DNA of 63,825 nucleotides, the filler included, from Sluysia triapertura (taxonomy: Eukaryota), in assembly GCA_046118255.1 (NCBI GenBank). It is 5 parts of 5 records of this genome, joined end to end, with 100 filler letters (N's around TTAATTAATTAA, not from the genome) between each part and the next. Parts side by side here need not be neighbours in the genome. Positions count along the whole stretch, not along the records: positions 13,307 to 25,987 come from JBJNIA010090568.1; positions 26,088 to 38,080 come from JBJNIA010149275.1; 3 more parts are not named here. One strand, written 5' to 3'. Both the position numbers and the translations under genes were made by a program. Of the stretch, positions 13,825 through 26,163 are shown piece after piece. Under the pieces are notes generated by a model, which was given only the letters and a program-made list of their open reading frames with translations, was not told where the DNA came from and did not search any database. Positions within the stretch are counted from its first letter, which is position 1. Each line of letters begins with the position of its first letter.

Positions 13825-14059
13825 ATGCTAAAATTAATCTCATTCAAAACAAGGAGTCATTAGAAAATTAGACAACGAAAATATTAAGCGGCAACCATCT
13901 TAAAAAATTAAACACACACAAAATAACTAGTCATTAGAAATTTACACTCAACAAAAATTATCTCAGCAGCCATATTGAATCAGAGTGACTGCAAAAAAGA
14001 GAATTACAAATTAATTAGACAAATTGAAAATAAAAAATAGAATATATTTTGGCAACGTT

Positions 14060-14936
14060 CTAAAATTTAACAGCATTGATGATATGAATTTTAAAGACGA
14101 TTTACTTAGAGGCATATGTACATACGTTTTTGAAAAGCCCTCGGTAATTCAACTAAGAGATGTCCCTGTTGTACAGCGAATTGACGTAACGAAAAATGAT
14201 TTCCAAGCATTAGTCTTAACACCAACGAGAGATGTTCCTGTCGTACAGCGAATCGACGTAACAAGAAATGATTTCCAAGTATTAGTCTTAGCACCAATAG
14301 ATGTTCCTGTCGTACAGCGAATCGATGTAACGAAAAATGATTTCCAAGCATTAGTTCTACCACCAACGAGAGATGTTCCTGTCGTACAGCGAATCGATGT
14401 AACAAGAAATGATTTCCAAGCATTAGTTTTAGCACCAACGAGACATGTTCCTGTCGTACAGCGGATCGATGTAACAAGAAATGATTTCCAAGCATTAGTT
14501 TTAGCACCAACGAGAGATGTTCCTGTTGCACAGGGAATTGATGTGACGAAAAATGATTTCCAAGCATTAGTTCTACCACCAACGAGAGATGTTCCTGTTG
14601 TACTACGAATCGATGTAACAAAAAATGATTTCCAAGCATTAGTTTTAGTACCAACGAAAGGGTCAGTAAAGCAAATATATAAAGCAGTGATCGTTCTAAG
14701 TGACTATATGGCAGCAAAATCCTATGCATGCATTGGAGGTACTAGAATGCAGCAAGACACCGCAAATTTAGAGAGTGGAGTTCGTGTCATCGTTGGAACC
14801 TCTGGTAGAGTTAACCATGTGATTGAAAGAAGTAATAAAATTTATTTTGTACATGTATCCAACCGTTATTGTCATTACATTTATATTAATTTTATTTATA
14901 GGTTTAATGTGCTACATAATGAACTTGGACCAATGA
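14060..14936 (+). pseudogene. eIF4A: Truncated, rearranged eIF4A (DEAD-box helicase) copy with internal tandem expansion
   Basis: FNSIDDMNFKDDLLRGICTYVFEKPSVIQ is the Q-motif region and QALVLAPTR is motif Ia. KQIYKAVIVLSDYMAAKSYACIGGT...VIVGTSGRV covers the GG doublet and motif Ib. Motif I (GTGKT), DEAD and all C-terminal motifs are absent. Probable intron 14832-14901, then TGA at 14934-14936. First in-frame ATG at 14084. Confidence 0.85.
14159..14659 (+). repeat. Coding tandem repeat, 7 units of 72 bp (unit 2 is 69 bp)
   Basis: Units start at 14159, 14231, 14300, 14372, 14444, 14516 and 14588. Consensus peptide DVPVVQRIDVT(K/R)NDFQALVL(A/P)PTR. Confidence 0.95.
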
Positions 14937-17719
14937 AGACAGAAGCGCAGACAGGGACAATTTCCACGCATCAAATTTTATTTGTTTATAAATTAAAAAT
15001 CAAAATAAATGTTTTCCATTCAATCTTTTATCCTTATTATTTACTTATAATCTATAAAAATAATTATGAATGTTTTGACAGGATTAGTTGTCCTCTCAAA
15101 TTGCCTTATTACGACAGAATATCTGCGAACAAACACGAGATGAATATCGATTTAGAATTAACAAAGTATCTTGAGCAATTAAAGGGTAATCAACCTTTAC
15201 ATCATAATATAATAACGAGTAAAATTATATTTTATTTCAAACAATTAACGCCCTCCACAGAGTTCCAAGTAACATTAATAACTACAATAATAATACGCTA
15301 TTTTGTAATAGATGTTCCTAGTAAATTCAGTTCATGGTATTTCAGCTTATTTTGAAATTGAATTAACAGATATGAGTCAATATAAATATCATTTTAATAA
15401 AAACTATTTCTGTGAAAACGTTGCAGAATTCGTCTACTAAATTAAATCTTACATGGTGATTTAAAGATGATTACGATACAGTTATTTTACATGAAGATTT
15501 ATCAGCGTGTTTATGATTTAGTTTCAGTACATCTGTTAAGGGAATACTATATGCAGCAGATAACTCTCCTTTACTAAATCACCTGTACATTTACTTGAAT
15601 TTAATTGAATGGATTTATGTTAGAAACAAAAAAGTTAACAAATACTAAATGACATGAAACTCGCGATTCAGTTACTATAAAAAATCCGATTTGTTTTCAT
15701 GCATCATTGTCATCATCTCTAAACAATGTAGAAGTTAATATTCGTGATGATTCCGGACCTTCAAGTTATTTTTCAGACAGAAGTAAAACAAGTTTAACTA
15801 TTTACTTATGAAAAATACGATGATTCCTGAAATTAGTGAAGCTTCTACTTCACCACAAATTGATAATGATTTGCAATATTTTATTGGGAAACAATGTGAT
15901 ACTGGATGCTTAAGAACACTAGCTTTTCTTCTATTTAAGCCATGTTGAACAACTTTTAGGTAGTTATATTAGTTATCCAAAGACCGTTAGTTGAAGCAAA
16001 AGAAGCATTACCAGTTGTTGCTAAAAGTACTTAAAATAGTATTTAAAAATTTACTTGAAGCGGTATAATTTCATCTGATCAAGCAAAAGACGAAAAACTA
16101 TAAAGAAACGGAAATAAGTAGACTATGTTTAATGATAAATAATGGGGCGTGGAAAATCTTAATTACATATTTTTGATTATTTTCCCCCTTCTGAAGTTTT
16201 TATACATATGCAGCTTTTGAAGAGATTTATCCTATAAATGCAATAAATAATAATGACAATTAACCATAACTTAAACTTTCTAAAATATTAGAAGAACCAA
16301 CTGTTTTGATTATTGTGCATTCAATGATGAAATAAAATAAATGATAACAGTCTGTATTTTGTAAATGCAATTAGTTTTTTATTTTTATTATAATTTAATT
16401 AGCTTTTAAATATTAATGAAATTGTGCTGCTCTACTTGAAAATGAGTTTATAGTTGCATACCCACTGAACAAACTTCCATAATATTTGGGTGAATATGGT
16501 AACAAGTAATTTTAATAGTGAAATTGGCTTGAATTTTATGTGCAACCTGAATGTGCTGATGTATTTGATATATTTGGTTTTTATTATCCAAATTCATTAG
16601 TTAATCGTCTTATTCAAATTGATAGTCCTGTACATTTAAATAGACAAAATATTCAAAATATACTAAAAACATGTTGTGGAAAATTATATATTATTAATAT
16701 TTGTGTAAATAATTTTATTTAGTTATACTTAGTGTATTAATTGTCTTTTTATTGGCATAAACAAAAAATTTGTTGGTTGAAAAAGATATAAATAAATAAT
16801 GAAAAGAAATTATTAAGTAAAGAATTGTGTATTATGAATGTGTAACGCTGGTTTGATATATACTTACCAGTAATTAAATGGAATAAATTGAACGAAGAAG
16901 CTAAAGCAATGAACGAATATTTAGTTAAACATTTTCATCAATTATTACGAAGGAAGTAAATATTATTGTAGATAGTTATTAAACAGACGGTATTTTATAT
17001 ATTTAATGCAAATATTATACTCATGCAATAATGATATTTCTAGAGTTGAAAATAGTAAATCAAACTAAAAACGGTATCAATAAGTATCACGTCTAGCATT
17101 TCGTCAATATAGTAATCATTGTGAGTATTCAAAATGTTTGGCATTATGCCTATATTATTTCACAGAAAATATCTGCATATAATTGTTGTAAGTATTGTAT
17201 TAATAAATGTCTGTCTTATTTGACTTTTAAATAATTAATAAAATTTTATAATACTAAAGTTTGTAAGTAAACTTCAATCATTTTAAATTTTTTTCACCAA
17301 TATTGATAACGTTAACTAAATTAACTTTTTAGTAATTTATTTGTTTTATTTTTTATTGGATATTGAATACTATAAACATATTCAACAAATAAGATGACTC
17401 ATTATTTTAGATAATTATTTTAGATAATAAATTTTAGATAATTATTTTCGACACAATTTCTCTATGCGTCTTGAGGTAAGTTTTTACTATTAATATTATT
17501 AATTTTTTTAGTGTGAAGTTTAGTATAAGAAATGAATGCAGATTTGAACACATGGAACAAAATTTAATTTTTGAAATTTCGTTGAAGAGTAAGGTATTTA
17601 AAAAATAAAAATATGTAAGAGTAATTTTTATTTTTTTAATAAATTATTCTTTAGATTATTTGCAAATGGCAAACAAGAAATTTGAAATTAAATTAAATTA
17701 AATTATTTTTTTAGATTTA

Positions 17720-19170
17720 CAAATCACAAAGAACGACACAATTAATCTGGAAGAACATGGAAATGCACATAGAAAATGTAATTTAGTAAAACATATATTC
17801 AGGAAGAGGACTTTGGCTTCTCAAAAGATCCATTTAGATAGTGATCTAAGTAATAATCACCAAATTTTTGTTACTATTTAAGTTATCAAAATATAAAATC
17901 AGCAATAAGGTACTAATAGCGCACAAAGTGTTTAAGAGGATTTGAGATATATCAAAATTAATCATATTAAGTTATCATAAAACAGATATTTGAATATATT
18001 GATCACTTGTTATTTACGCAGATTTTGAATCTTTATTATTGGATGAAACGTATAAACATAGACATGAATCATTAGTTGCGGGTTTATAATTCACAGGCCA
18101 AAAACATAATACTACAATTTTGCTGTGATAAATGTCTAGTAAGCTTTATATATACGATTGAAGAACTTATTTACTAAGATCAAATCTAATTACTTTTACG
18201 AACAATTTCAGGTTAATAATGCAAAATCATGTTATTTGTGTAAAAAAACTAGCACCTAAACTTTAACAAACTTAGTGTTAATTATGTAAGTGTACCTTGT
18301 GATAAGTATAATTTAAGTAGAAAAATGCGTCAAATTTCACAATTTACGTGAATATGATATTCATCATATATTAAAATATGTAGTGAGAAATAAATTTGGA
18401 AATAACTTGTAAACCACAAAGTTCAGAAAAGCATTAAAAATTTTTCAATTAAATTTTTTAGATTATTTTAAATTTTTACTAAGTAGTTTAGCTGATTTAC
18501 CATGAACTAGCAAAGTATTTTCAAATAGTGTAACGAAATAAAAAGGTATGGCTACTAAATAAGTAACGATTATAATAAGGCATTAAAAATGTGACAAGAA
18601 TTTGTTAACATTTTTGAAGAATTTAGAAAAGCAGTCATAAGTGAAAATAACTTAGATCCAGTCAACTTTTTATCATTACGTGGTTAAGTTGAGTAGCAAA
18701 ACTTAAGTCAATAGATAATGAGTTACTGGTGAACGATGTGGAATGAAATTTTTCAACAAACATTATGCAAGAGCGATAATAATACTAGTTTATTATACAT
18801 ATATATTAATAATTTATATGTTGGCTTTATCAGAACAATTATTGAATAGATTTCGAATGAATTTATGGTGTAAGTAAATTAATTGTAAATTCACCAAACG
18901 CAGATACTACAAATAGTAAAATAGGCTACACATTCGAAGTTGATTAGATTATTCCATCACATGTATCCTACAAATGCATATAAAATTAGGAGCAACTATT
19001 TGTAAAATTCATTAAATGCACTTATTACATCAGCATACACAAAACATTATAAGCATAAACATGTGAACAAACACTTAGAAATGATACTAATCTAGATGTA
19101 TTAAGTTACACATTAAACTGTATGTAGCTTAAAATTTAAACAACAAAAGTGTTTTGTTCAATGAGTATAG
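17720..19170 (+). mobile_element. Degenerate Maverick/Polinton-type protein-primed DNA polymerase B
   Basis: Collinear motifs across stops and frameshifts: IYADFESLL (~18012), NAKSCYLCKK, FHNLREYDIHHILK (~18335), LNFLDYFKFLLSSLADL, IFEEFRK...LDPVNFLSLRG (~18610-18684), GERCG...KHYARA, LLYIYINNLY, GYTFEVD (~18924), LNNKSV. These correspond to the polinton pPolB motifs YADFE, FHNLSGYD, FIDSF.FM.SSL..L, DVFENFR...LDP.HY...PGL, GIRGG, YLDANNLYG, GYILEVD and KLMNNSV. Confidence 0.8.
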
Positions 19171-19879
19171 AAATTATTTTTAAGTGACCTTCAAGGTCAA
19201 TATATTATATTATCTATCTCAGGTTACAGTCTTCAATTCATAAAAGGCAAAAAATGGGAAACATCAACACATACAAGTAATATAATAATAAAAAATAAAT
19301 ATAGTAATTATAGTCACAATAATGCAAAAAATGATAATAGAATTTTTTCCCTAGTAAAAGTAAATTTATTTTAGAAAATTGATTTTATAATGGCTACGAA
19401 AAAAATAATTTTTGAAAAAGATATTAGTATTGATAAAAATTATAATAATAAGTGGCCGAAAAATGATAAAATGAGAATGTTTTGAAAGTTTTAGTTGGTA
19501 TACGGAAGATCCGAGAAGATGTAAGAACTATTATATAATAATCAATATTTATATTTAGAACATTCTATAAGCTTCAGTTCTATTTTTAGAAGTTAATTTT
19601 ATTTTTTCGAAAAATAATTTCATTTTTGGAAAATAATTTTTAAAGGTTTTTAAATAATTTCAAAGTATTATGATGACATTTTAGATGATTTTATAGGGTT
19701 GTGATGACAACCTGCCAATATTATAAATTTCAATGGCACTTTTAATTATCAATAATTAAATAACGAATAAATATAATTAGTTTCACATTTAATGAAACAT
19801 GTATAATAATAATTATTATTATTTAAAGAATATTAATAAAAATTTTATCTTCTCTAAAATAAGTACTCAAAAACACTCA

Positions 19880-20770
19880 AAATAGAAAGAACTTTGTCTT
19901 TTTCTTAAATATTTTATAATCTTCCAGTAATTTAGTATTCTTTGAACATAATATATCACCTATCTTATTTTAACGGTATGAATTGTTGTATCTTAAAAGC
20001 ATTCATTTTGTTTTCCGAATTTTTTATTATTTCCAAGGACGTATTCATAACTTCCATAATTTAAGCATTTATAAATTATTGTCATAATTTTGAATTCTAC
20101 TATTGTATTTATTGGTAATCAGTTTAATTATTTAATTATTATTTAATTATTTTAATAACTTTAATTATTTAATTATTATTTAATTATTTAATTATTATAT
20201 ATTCTATTTACTTGAGAAATTAGTCGTACTGATTGATTCATTTATAACTGTAATTTTCGCACAGAATTAAGTACAATATATCAATATTAAAATCTATATT
20301 ATTAGTTGTCAATGTATGAACAATTAGTTTCGCCACATTTTTAATGCTAAATTCTCTAATACTTGATATTTTCTTTAATTCATATTTTAAATGTTTTTTC
20401 TATTTTTTTTGTATTCCATATTTTTAGTTTATCTTCCAGCATCTTATCATCTACAGGTAACTTTGTTTTTATTTTAACACTGTGATTATTTTTATAAATT
20501 CTGACTTTTCTTTATAGATTTTCAAATATTTATTTCCAAACCATTTTATCAATTTCCTTTTATTGATTTTTTTTATTTTAATTTTATGGATTTCAAATTC
20601 TGCATATATCTGCACATCATCGACATATTGAGTTGTTTAACTATATGATTGTATTATACTTGAAACATCACTGAAATGTGAGCAAATATTGAGCCTAGAG
20701 GAACTCCATACTTTACACATACCTTATTTGACTTCACATTATTCAATAAAACATTGTTTCCTTTCTTAAT
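19880..20770 (-). mobile_element. Degenerate LINE (non-LTR) reverse transcriptase fragment
   Basis: Minus strand reads VLLNNVKSNKVCVKYGVPLGSIF then QYVDDVQIYAEF (GVPQGS and YADD motifs). The downstream part is repeated at ~33190-33460. Confidence 0.75.
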
Positions 20771-23700
20771 AATGTGATTTGAACCATTTTATTGGTCGAT
20801 CATATATCTTCATCTACAGCATTAATATCAGAAGACATAGAACGTTTAATAAAATAGTAATAATGATAATAATTAGATTTTCGATAAAATTATAAATTTT
20901 ATTATGTGAATGAAATATTTAATAATAATTAAATTTAGTAATTAATTTATTTTTTTGGTCATTGAAAGTATGAAAGTATGTGAGTGTGTGAAAGTGTACG
21001 GATGAAGATTAGGCAGTGTAAATTCATATTCTAAGCGTAATTATTTAAAAAAATTGTATTATGTTAAAATGATGAATTACTGTAATAATAATAATTATTA
21101 TTACATTAATATTATTATTTAATGTTATCATTATTATTTTATTAATACTATTATATAAATCATCATTATTATTCGTTAATTTTTTCATCAAATGTGATAT
21201 AAAACTGCTTTTCAATCATTTTTGATTAGAATGTTACATTTGATACAGATTTGTAATTATTTACAATTACAGATCACAATATTTCAGATGAGGTAGTACA
21301 ACAGATACTTTGTCACTTAGCGGAAATTTTAGAGTGTATCATGAATTATTAATAATTTTCAATAAAATCAGATATAGTATCTTAAATTTTTAAATCATTT
21401 AAAATCGCTAATTTCCATAAAATACAATTATTTTCCAAAAAAAACAACATTTTCCAAAAATGAAATCGAAATTTTAAGAACTTTCGAGAAACTCCATTAA
21501 TTTTGATTGGCTAATGACAGATATGTATACTAGCATCAGTTCAATTCAATTTCACATTTTAAAAGCACGATTTTTTCACATACAAAATTATTTAGTAATC
21601 ATTCAATTTGGATTTCAATAAAATTATCAAATGGTGTCCAGTCTAATATATTCCAATTTTGTTTAGCAAATTATTTTTATAAGGTTATTTTAGATTTATA
21701 CATAAAATCATTTTTATTTTATTATCCCAGATTTAACGAGGAGAAAAATCTATAACTAAAATCAAAACAAATTAAAATTAAATACCTGAAAAAGGTTTTT
21801 AATTGTAAATTAATGCTTTTTATCCTGGTTTCTCGAATTTTTTAATAAATATTAAAGTTTTTCTTTAATATTTAGATTTGAACTTTTAAAGATAGAATTA
21901 AAAATAATAATTAAAATTGGAATTAGATTAATTGAAGCTATATATTTGAGAATTTGAAATAGGACCCTTCATAGTCACGAAATTAAGAATAATTATTAAA
22001 GTAAAATACATAGATTACGTTTTACAAAACGCAAAAATAACCTCACGTTAAGTCGAATTTTTGCAATAAAAACGTCATAACCTTGCTCAATTTTATTTGG
22101 CAGTAGGTTAAGAGTTAAGAAAATCACAACAACACGTTATGAAATTGACTGTTAAACCAATCACAAACTTTATCCACATGGTTTGAAAATAATAACTTAA
22201 CACACAATAGTGTTGTTTTAATATCAGACTATTAATTGTTTAATATATAATCTTATGAGCAAATTATAAGAAAAAATTCTATCGAAATTTTGCGTAGTGT
22301 GTGTAACCTTTTAAATGCCTTTTCGAAAAATCTTCTGAAATATTCATTCCGATGCAAACCATCATTGAAATTATTTCTAATACTTTTGGTCACTCATGCT
22401 CAAATCCATAGGAATGATGTTTGAGCTTCATCAATTCCTTGGTATCTTTGAAACGTCGATTCGATTGAAAATTCATAATTAAACCATAAAAAGGATAGTT
22501 TAAATTACGAATATTATAATTTTTCACTTGGATTAGTAGATTTAAATTTTTAAGATTTATAAAACTAATAACTCTGCCTTAACAAATATTAACAAATATT
22601 AACAATTCAAAATGACCTAAGGTATACTTAAAAAATTAATTAAATATAAATATATAAAATTAATTAAAATATAAGAAAAAATAAAAGTTACAATGCTTTC
22701 AAAAAAGAATAAATGTGTAACAATTTTTCTACATTCACATACATTTAAATAAACTAAAAATTACATAATTTAAGACCAACACATTCATTGTATTAAAATG
22801 AAAAATTTTAGTATTAGATCGTGTCACGAGTAATATTTATCAAATTTAATTTTACTTGCAAATTTACTGTTAAAATATAAGAAACAGAATTTAACAGTGA
22901 TTAAACAAAGCACATAAATTTTAGTATTTATAATAATATACTCTTACATTTCAATTTATTAATTTCATTAGAAAAATTCAAGGTCAAGTGATTATTGTTA
23001 TAAGTACTTTATTCATATAACATTTAAAATCCTTCTGATTTTTGTGAATAAAACAACATGTGAAACAAAATATTCAATAATTTATACTTAATTTCATACA
23101 AAAAATATTCGAAAGTTGTAATTTTTATTCAATCAGCCAATGAGAATAATTTTTCAACTAATAATGAGATTACTTATCTAAAAGAATTGTATTGGTTACC
23201 AAGAATATAATTTAAAATCACTATAATAATCTGTTTAAATTTAGATTATAGAGGTAATAGAGGTAAGTAATCTATTAATAAGTTATAGATTAATTCTTAT
23301 TCAGGAAATCACTGTAAGATTTCCTATTTCAGAAATATTATAAGGAATTATATATTCTAAGCGCTTAATAATACGTATTTCAAAGTTTATATTAGCGCTC
23401 TATAAATTAATACATCCACATTTTTATTATCATCATTGTCTATTTAAAAAATTTTTAATACACCTATAAATTTAAGACTTATTCAATTAAATAATTAAAA
23501 AATAATACTCATGTTTTACTTACAAATATATTTAAAATTAAATTTTTATTATTTAGTAAATATATTTTTTTATATAATATAATTATATTATTTTTTTTTA
23601 TTTAAATAAGAATATTTTACATCTTTGCCTGATTCTTTTATCTGATGTGAAACAACAAAAATAAAATAATAATTAGCTTTATTTATTCGTGTTTTTATGT

Positions 23701-24081
23701 ATAAGATTTGTCAGCATTATTTTATAAATTTTATGTTAAATAATATTTTAATTAATGTAATTCATCCATTAATGTTCAATGACTGTTATTTGGTGCAATA
23801 TTCTTATAAAAATATTAAATATGTTTCGTATTATTAAGAATGATATATAATTTTAATGAAACAAAACTACATATTCATGTAACAATTTCTAAATTTTAGT
23901 CTTAGATTTACTAGTTTATATACTTATGTTATTTCTACTTTATTTTAAAATAAGCTTATACATGGTTACTTTTACCAAATTATTCTCATTCTTATTTTTA
24001 TTAATTATGGTGGGAAGACATTTAATTAATTAATTATTTATTTTAAGAATATTCTTAATTAACTCTTTAAATATTAGTCAA

Positions 24082-24114
<33 letters not shown>

Positions 24115-25910
24115 TATTATTATTATAAAGGTAAGTCAAATTAAGTCAAATTAAGTCAAAACCTTAATCGAAAATAAAATTCTTAAGTAAACAAATAGAT
24201 AATATAACTAGAGGGCACTTGTTATTTATTTATTTATTTAGTGAGTTATTTATTTTATTGTAATTTAAGTATTGAATCCTATGTAGACCTTAGTTTGTTT
24301 TAATTTCACCAATTGTAGAAATAATATTAAATATTATCATTTTTTGTCAATTTACTGATATCGGTATTTAAAATGTGTATATTCACACATTCATATTGGT
24401 ACTTACTAAAATAATATCTACCTCCGTTCAAAAATTATCGACAATTTTGGTGAAAATTGTTGTTCAAAAATGATTGTCTCGTTAGTTTTATATAAAATTA
24501 TATTATGATGTTATAATATTTATAAATTTTTATTTATGAAAATATTTTATTACAAATTATATTATTATATATCTCGTAATATGTTGCAAGCAGTTTCAAT
24601 AGCTTCTAAATTGTAATGCTTCTTTTCCAATATATGCCAGTAGATAATTATTGGCTTAAGTGACTTAATGGTATTTAAATTAATAAGCGACCTTTAGGAT
24701 TATATCACGTCGTAATTGTATCATTTCAGCAGTTTTATGTTTATATATGGCAACACTCACGTATTCACTTTCTCGGATAAAACACGTTGTAGTTATTGCA
24801 CATTCGAATACCGTTCTGAAACGGTTAAAGGTTTTTGCGAATAAACGATATTGAATGTGCGATCTTTCAAAAGACCTACACAAATAAATTTTCTATTAGC
24901 AATAAAATCTCTGATACAATTCAGAATTTTCGCAGTTTCTAATATAGTGTTAAATAATGCAGATAGAAAATCACCTTTTTTGTTTATTGTCTAAAGTTAG
25001 ATTATTACAAATCATTAGTAAGAGTATTATATAATAGAGTAAGTCTGATATTTATGATTCGTGCGGACTATTGTTTTAAAAAGTAATAATTTATAGATAT
25101 AATGCGTCTTTTAAATAATTTAAATTAAGTTATAAATATCTTTTAAGTATACCCATCAAATATACTTGATAACCTTCATTTCGAGCCACCATAATATAAT
25201 ATTTGTAGATATTTTCATCAACAAACATGATTTATCAAAGAAAAGTTATTAAGTTTGTTTTTTTGTACAAGTTACGAAAAATGACTTCTTACATGGTCAG
25301 TATGATGGAGTGACTGAGTCTAGATCTTAATTATCTAGATTTATTGGATCATTATTTTGTGTTTCTAGATTGCATCCTTATTTAGGTGCTTATTTAAGAT
25401 ATCAAATTTAAATTTAGATATGCAATAATGATTCTTAATATATCTATTATCTTTGCATTGTATTTGTTCTGTAATGTTTCTCGTTTTTTACCATGAAATT
25501 TATCTTCCAATAATAAAGGTAGAATATATTAAACGAGGTTACCAAAGTAGGGAATCAAATGATCTATATAATAAATTTAAACAATTTTGTTATTACAGAT
25601 ACTAATCAAATAATAATATTGCCAGATACATTTATACCAGTAGTAATTTTGTTAGCGCAGCTATGGTAATATTGTATTATCACAATTCCAAATCAAATGA
25701 TCCATAAATTAAAGTTCAACAGTATTATTTTTATAGCTATGAATCAAATATATAATAATGTAGTAAACACTTTTTTAATTTTCTTTTTTTCCGGTTGACG
25801 CTATTAAAGTTTCAATTCCATTTTACATTTGATTACTTTCTACATTTAATTCTATTAGATGGTGAATTTCTTTCTTTATATATAAATGTATTATTGTGAT
25901 AATAAAGCCA

Positions 25911-25987
25911 TTAACCATTTCAGCCCCGGGACCGCCATATGGCGTCAATGGCGATTTTTTCTCTTACACAACTGCTATGCAAGATCC
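25911..25987 (+). mobile_element. Possible piggyBac-type terminus at contig end
   Basis: TTAA followed by CCATTTCAGCCCCGGGACCGCCATATGGCGTC, a GC-rich subterminal-like stretch containing the palindrome CGCCATATGGCG. Truncated by the gap. Confidence 0.35.
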
Positions 25988-26087
25988 NNNNNNNNNNNNN
26001 NNNNNNNNNNNNNNNNNNNNNNNNNNNNNNNTTAATTAATTAANNNNNNNNNNNNNNNNNNNNNNNNNNNNNNNNNNNNNNNNNNNN

Positions 26088-26141
<54 letters not shown>

Positions 26142-26163
26142 GTAATAATAATAATAATAATAA
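26088..26163. repeat. (AAT)n microsatellite (others at ~24082-24115, 45533-45600, 50231-50287, 56940-56988, 61735-61789)
   Basis: Directly visible trinucleotide runs. Confidence 0.95.

Noticed and set aside
14159-14659. Regular repeat array resembling CRISPR
   Set aside because: Head-to-tail 72-bp units without unique spacers, in-frame eIF4A-derived, in a eukaryotic context with no cas genes.
14106-14729. 207-aa minus-strand ORF
   Set aside because: Antisense shadow of the tandem repeat. The + frame has clear eIF4A homology.
14937-15355. C-terminal part of the 443-aa ORF
   Set aside because: No eIF4A similarity after ...VIERS, and it reads through a probable intron and UTR.
24680-24883. 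67-aa minus-strand ORF with a possible acceptor, considered as Hox exon 2
   Set aside because: No homeodomain similarity in any frame I read, and it lies beyond a linker gap.
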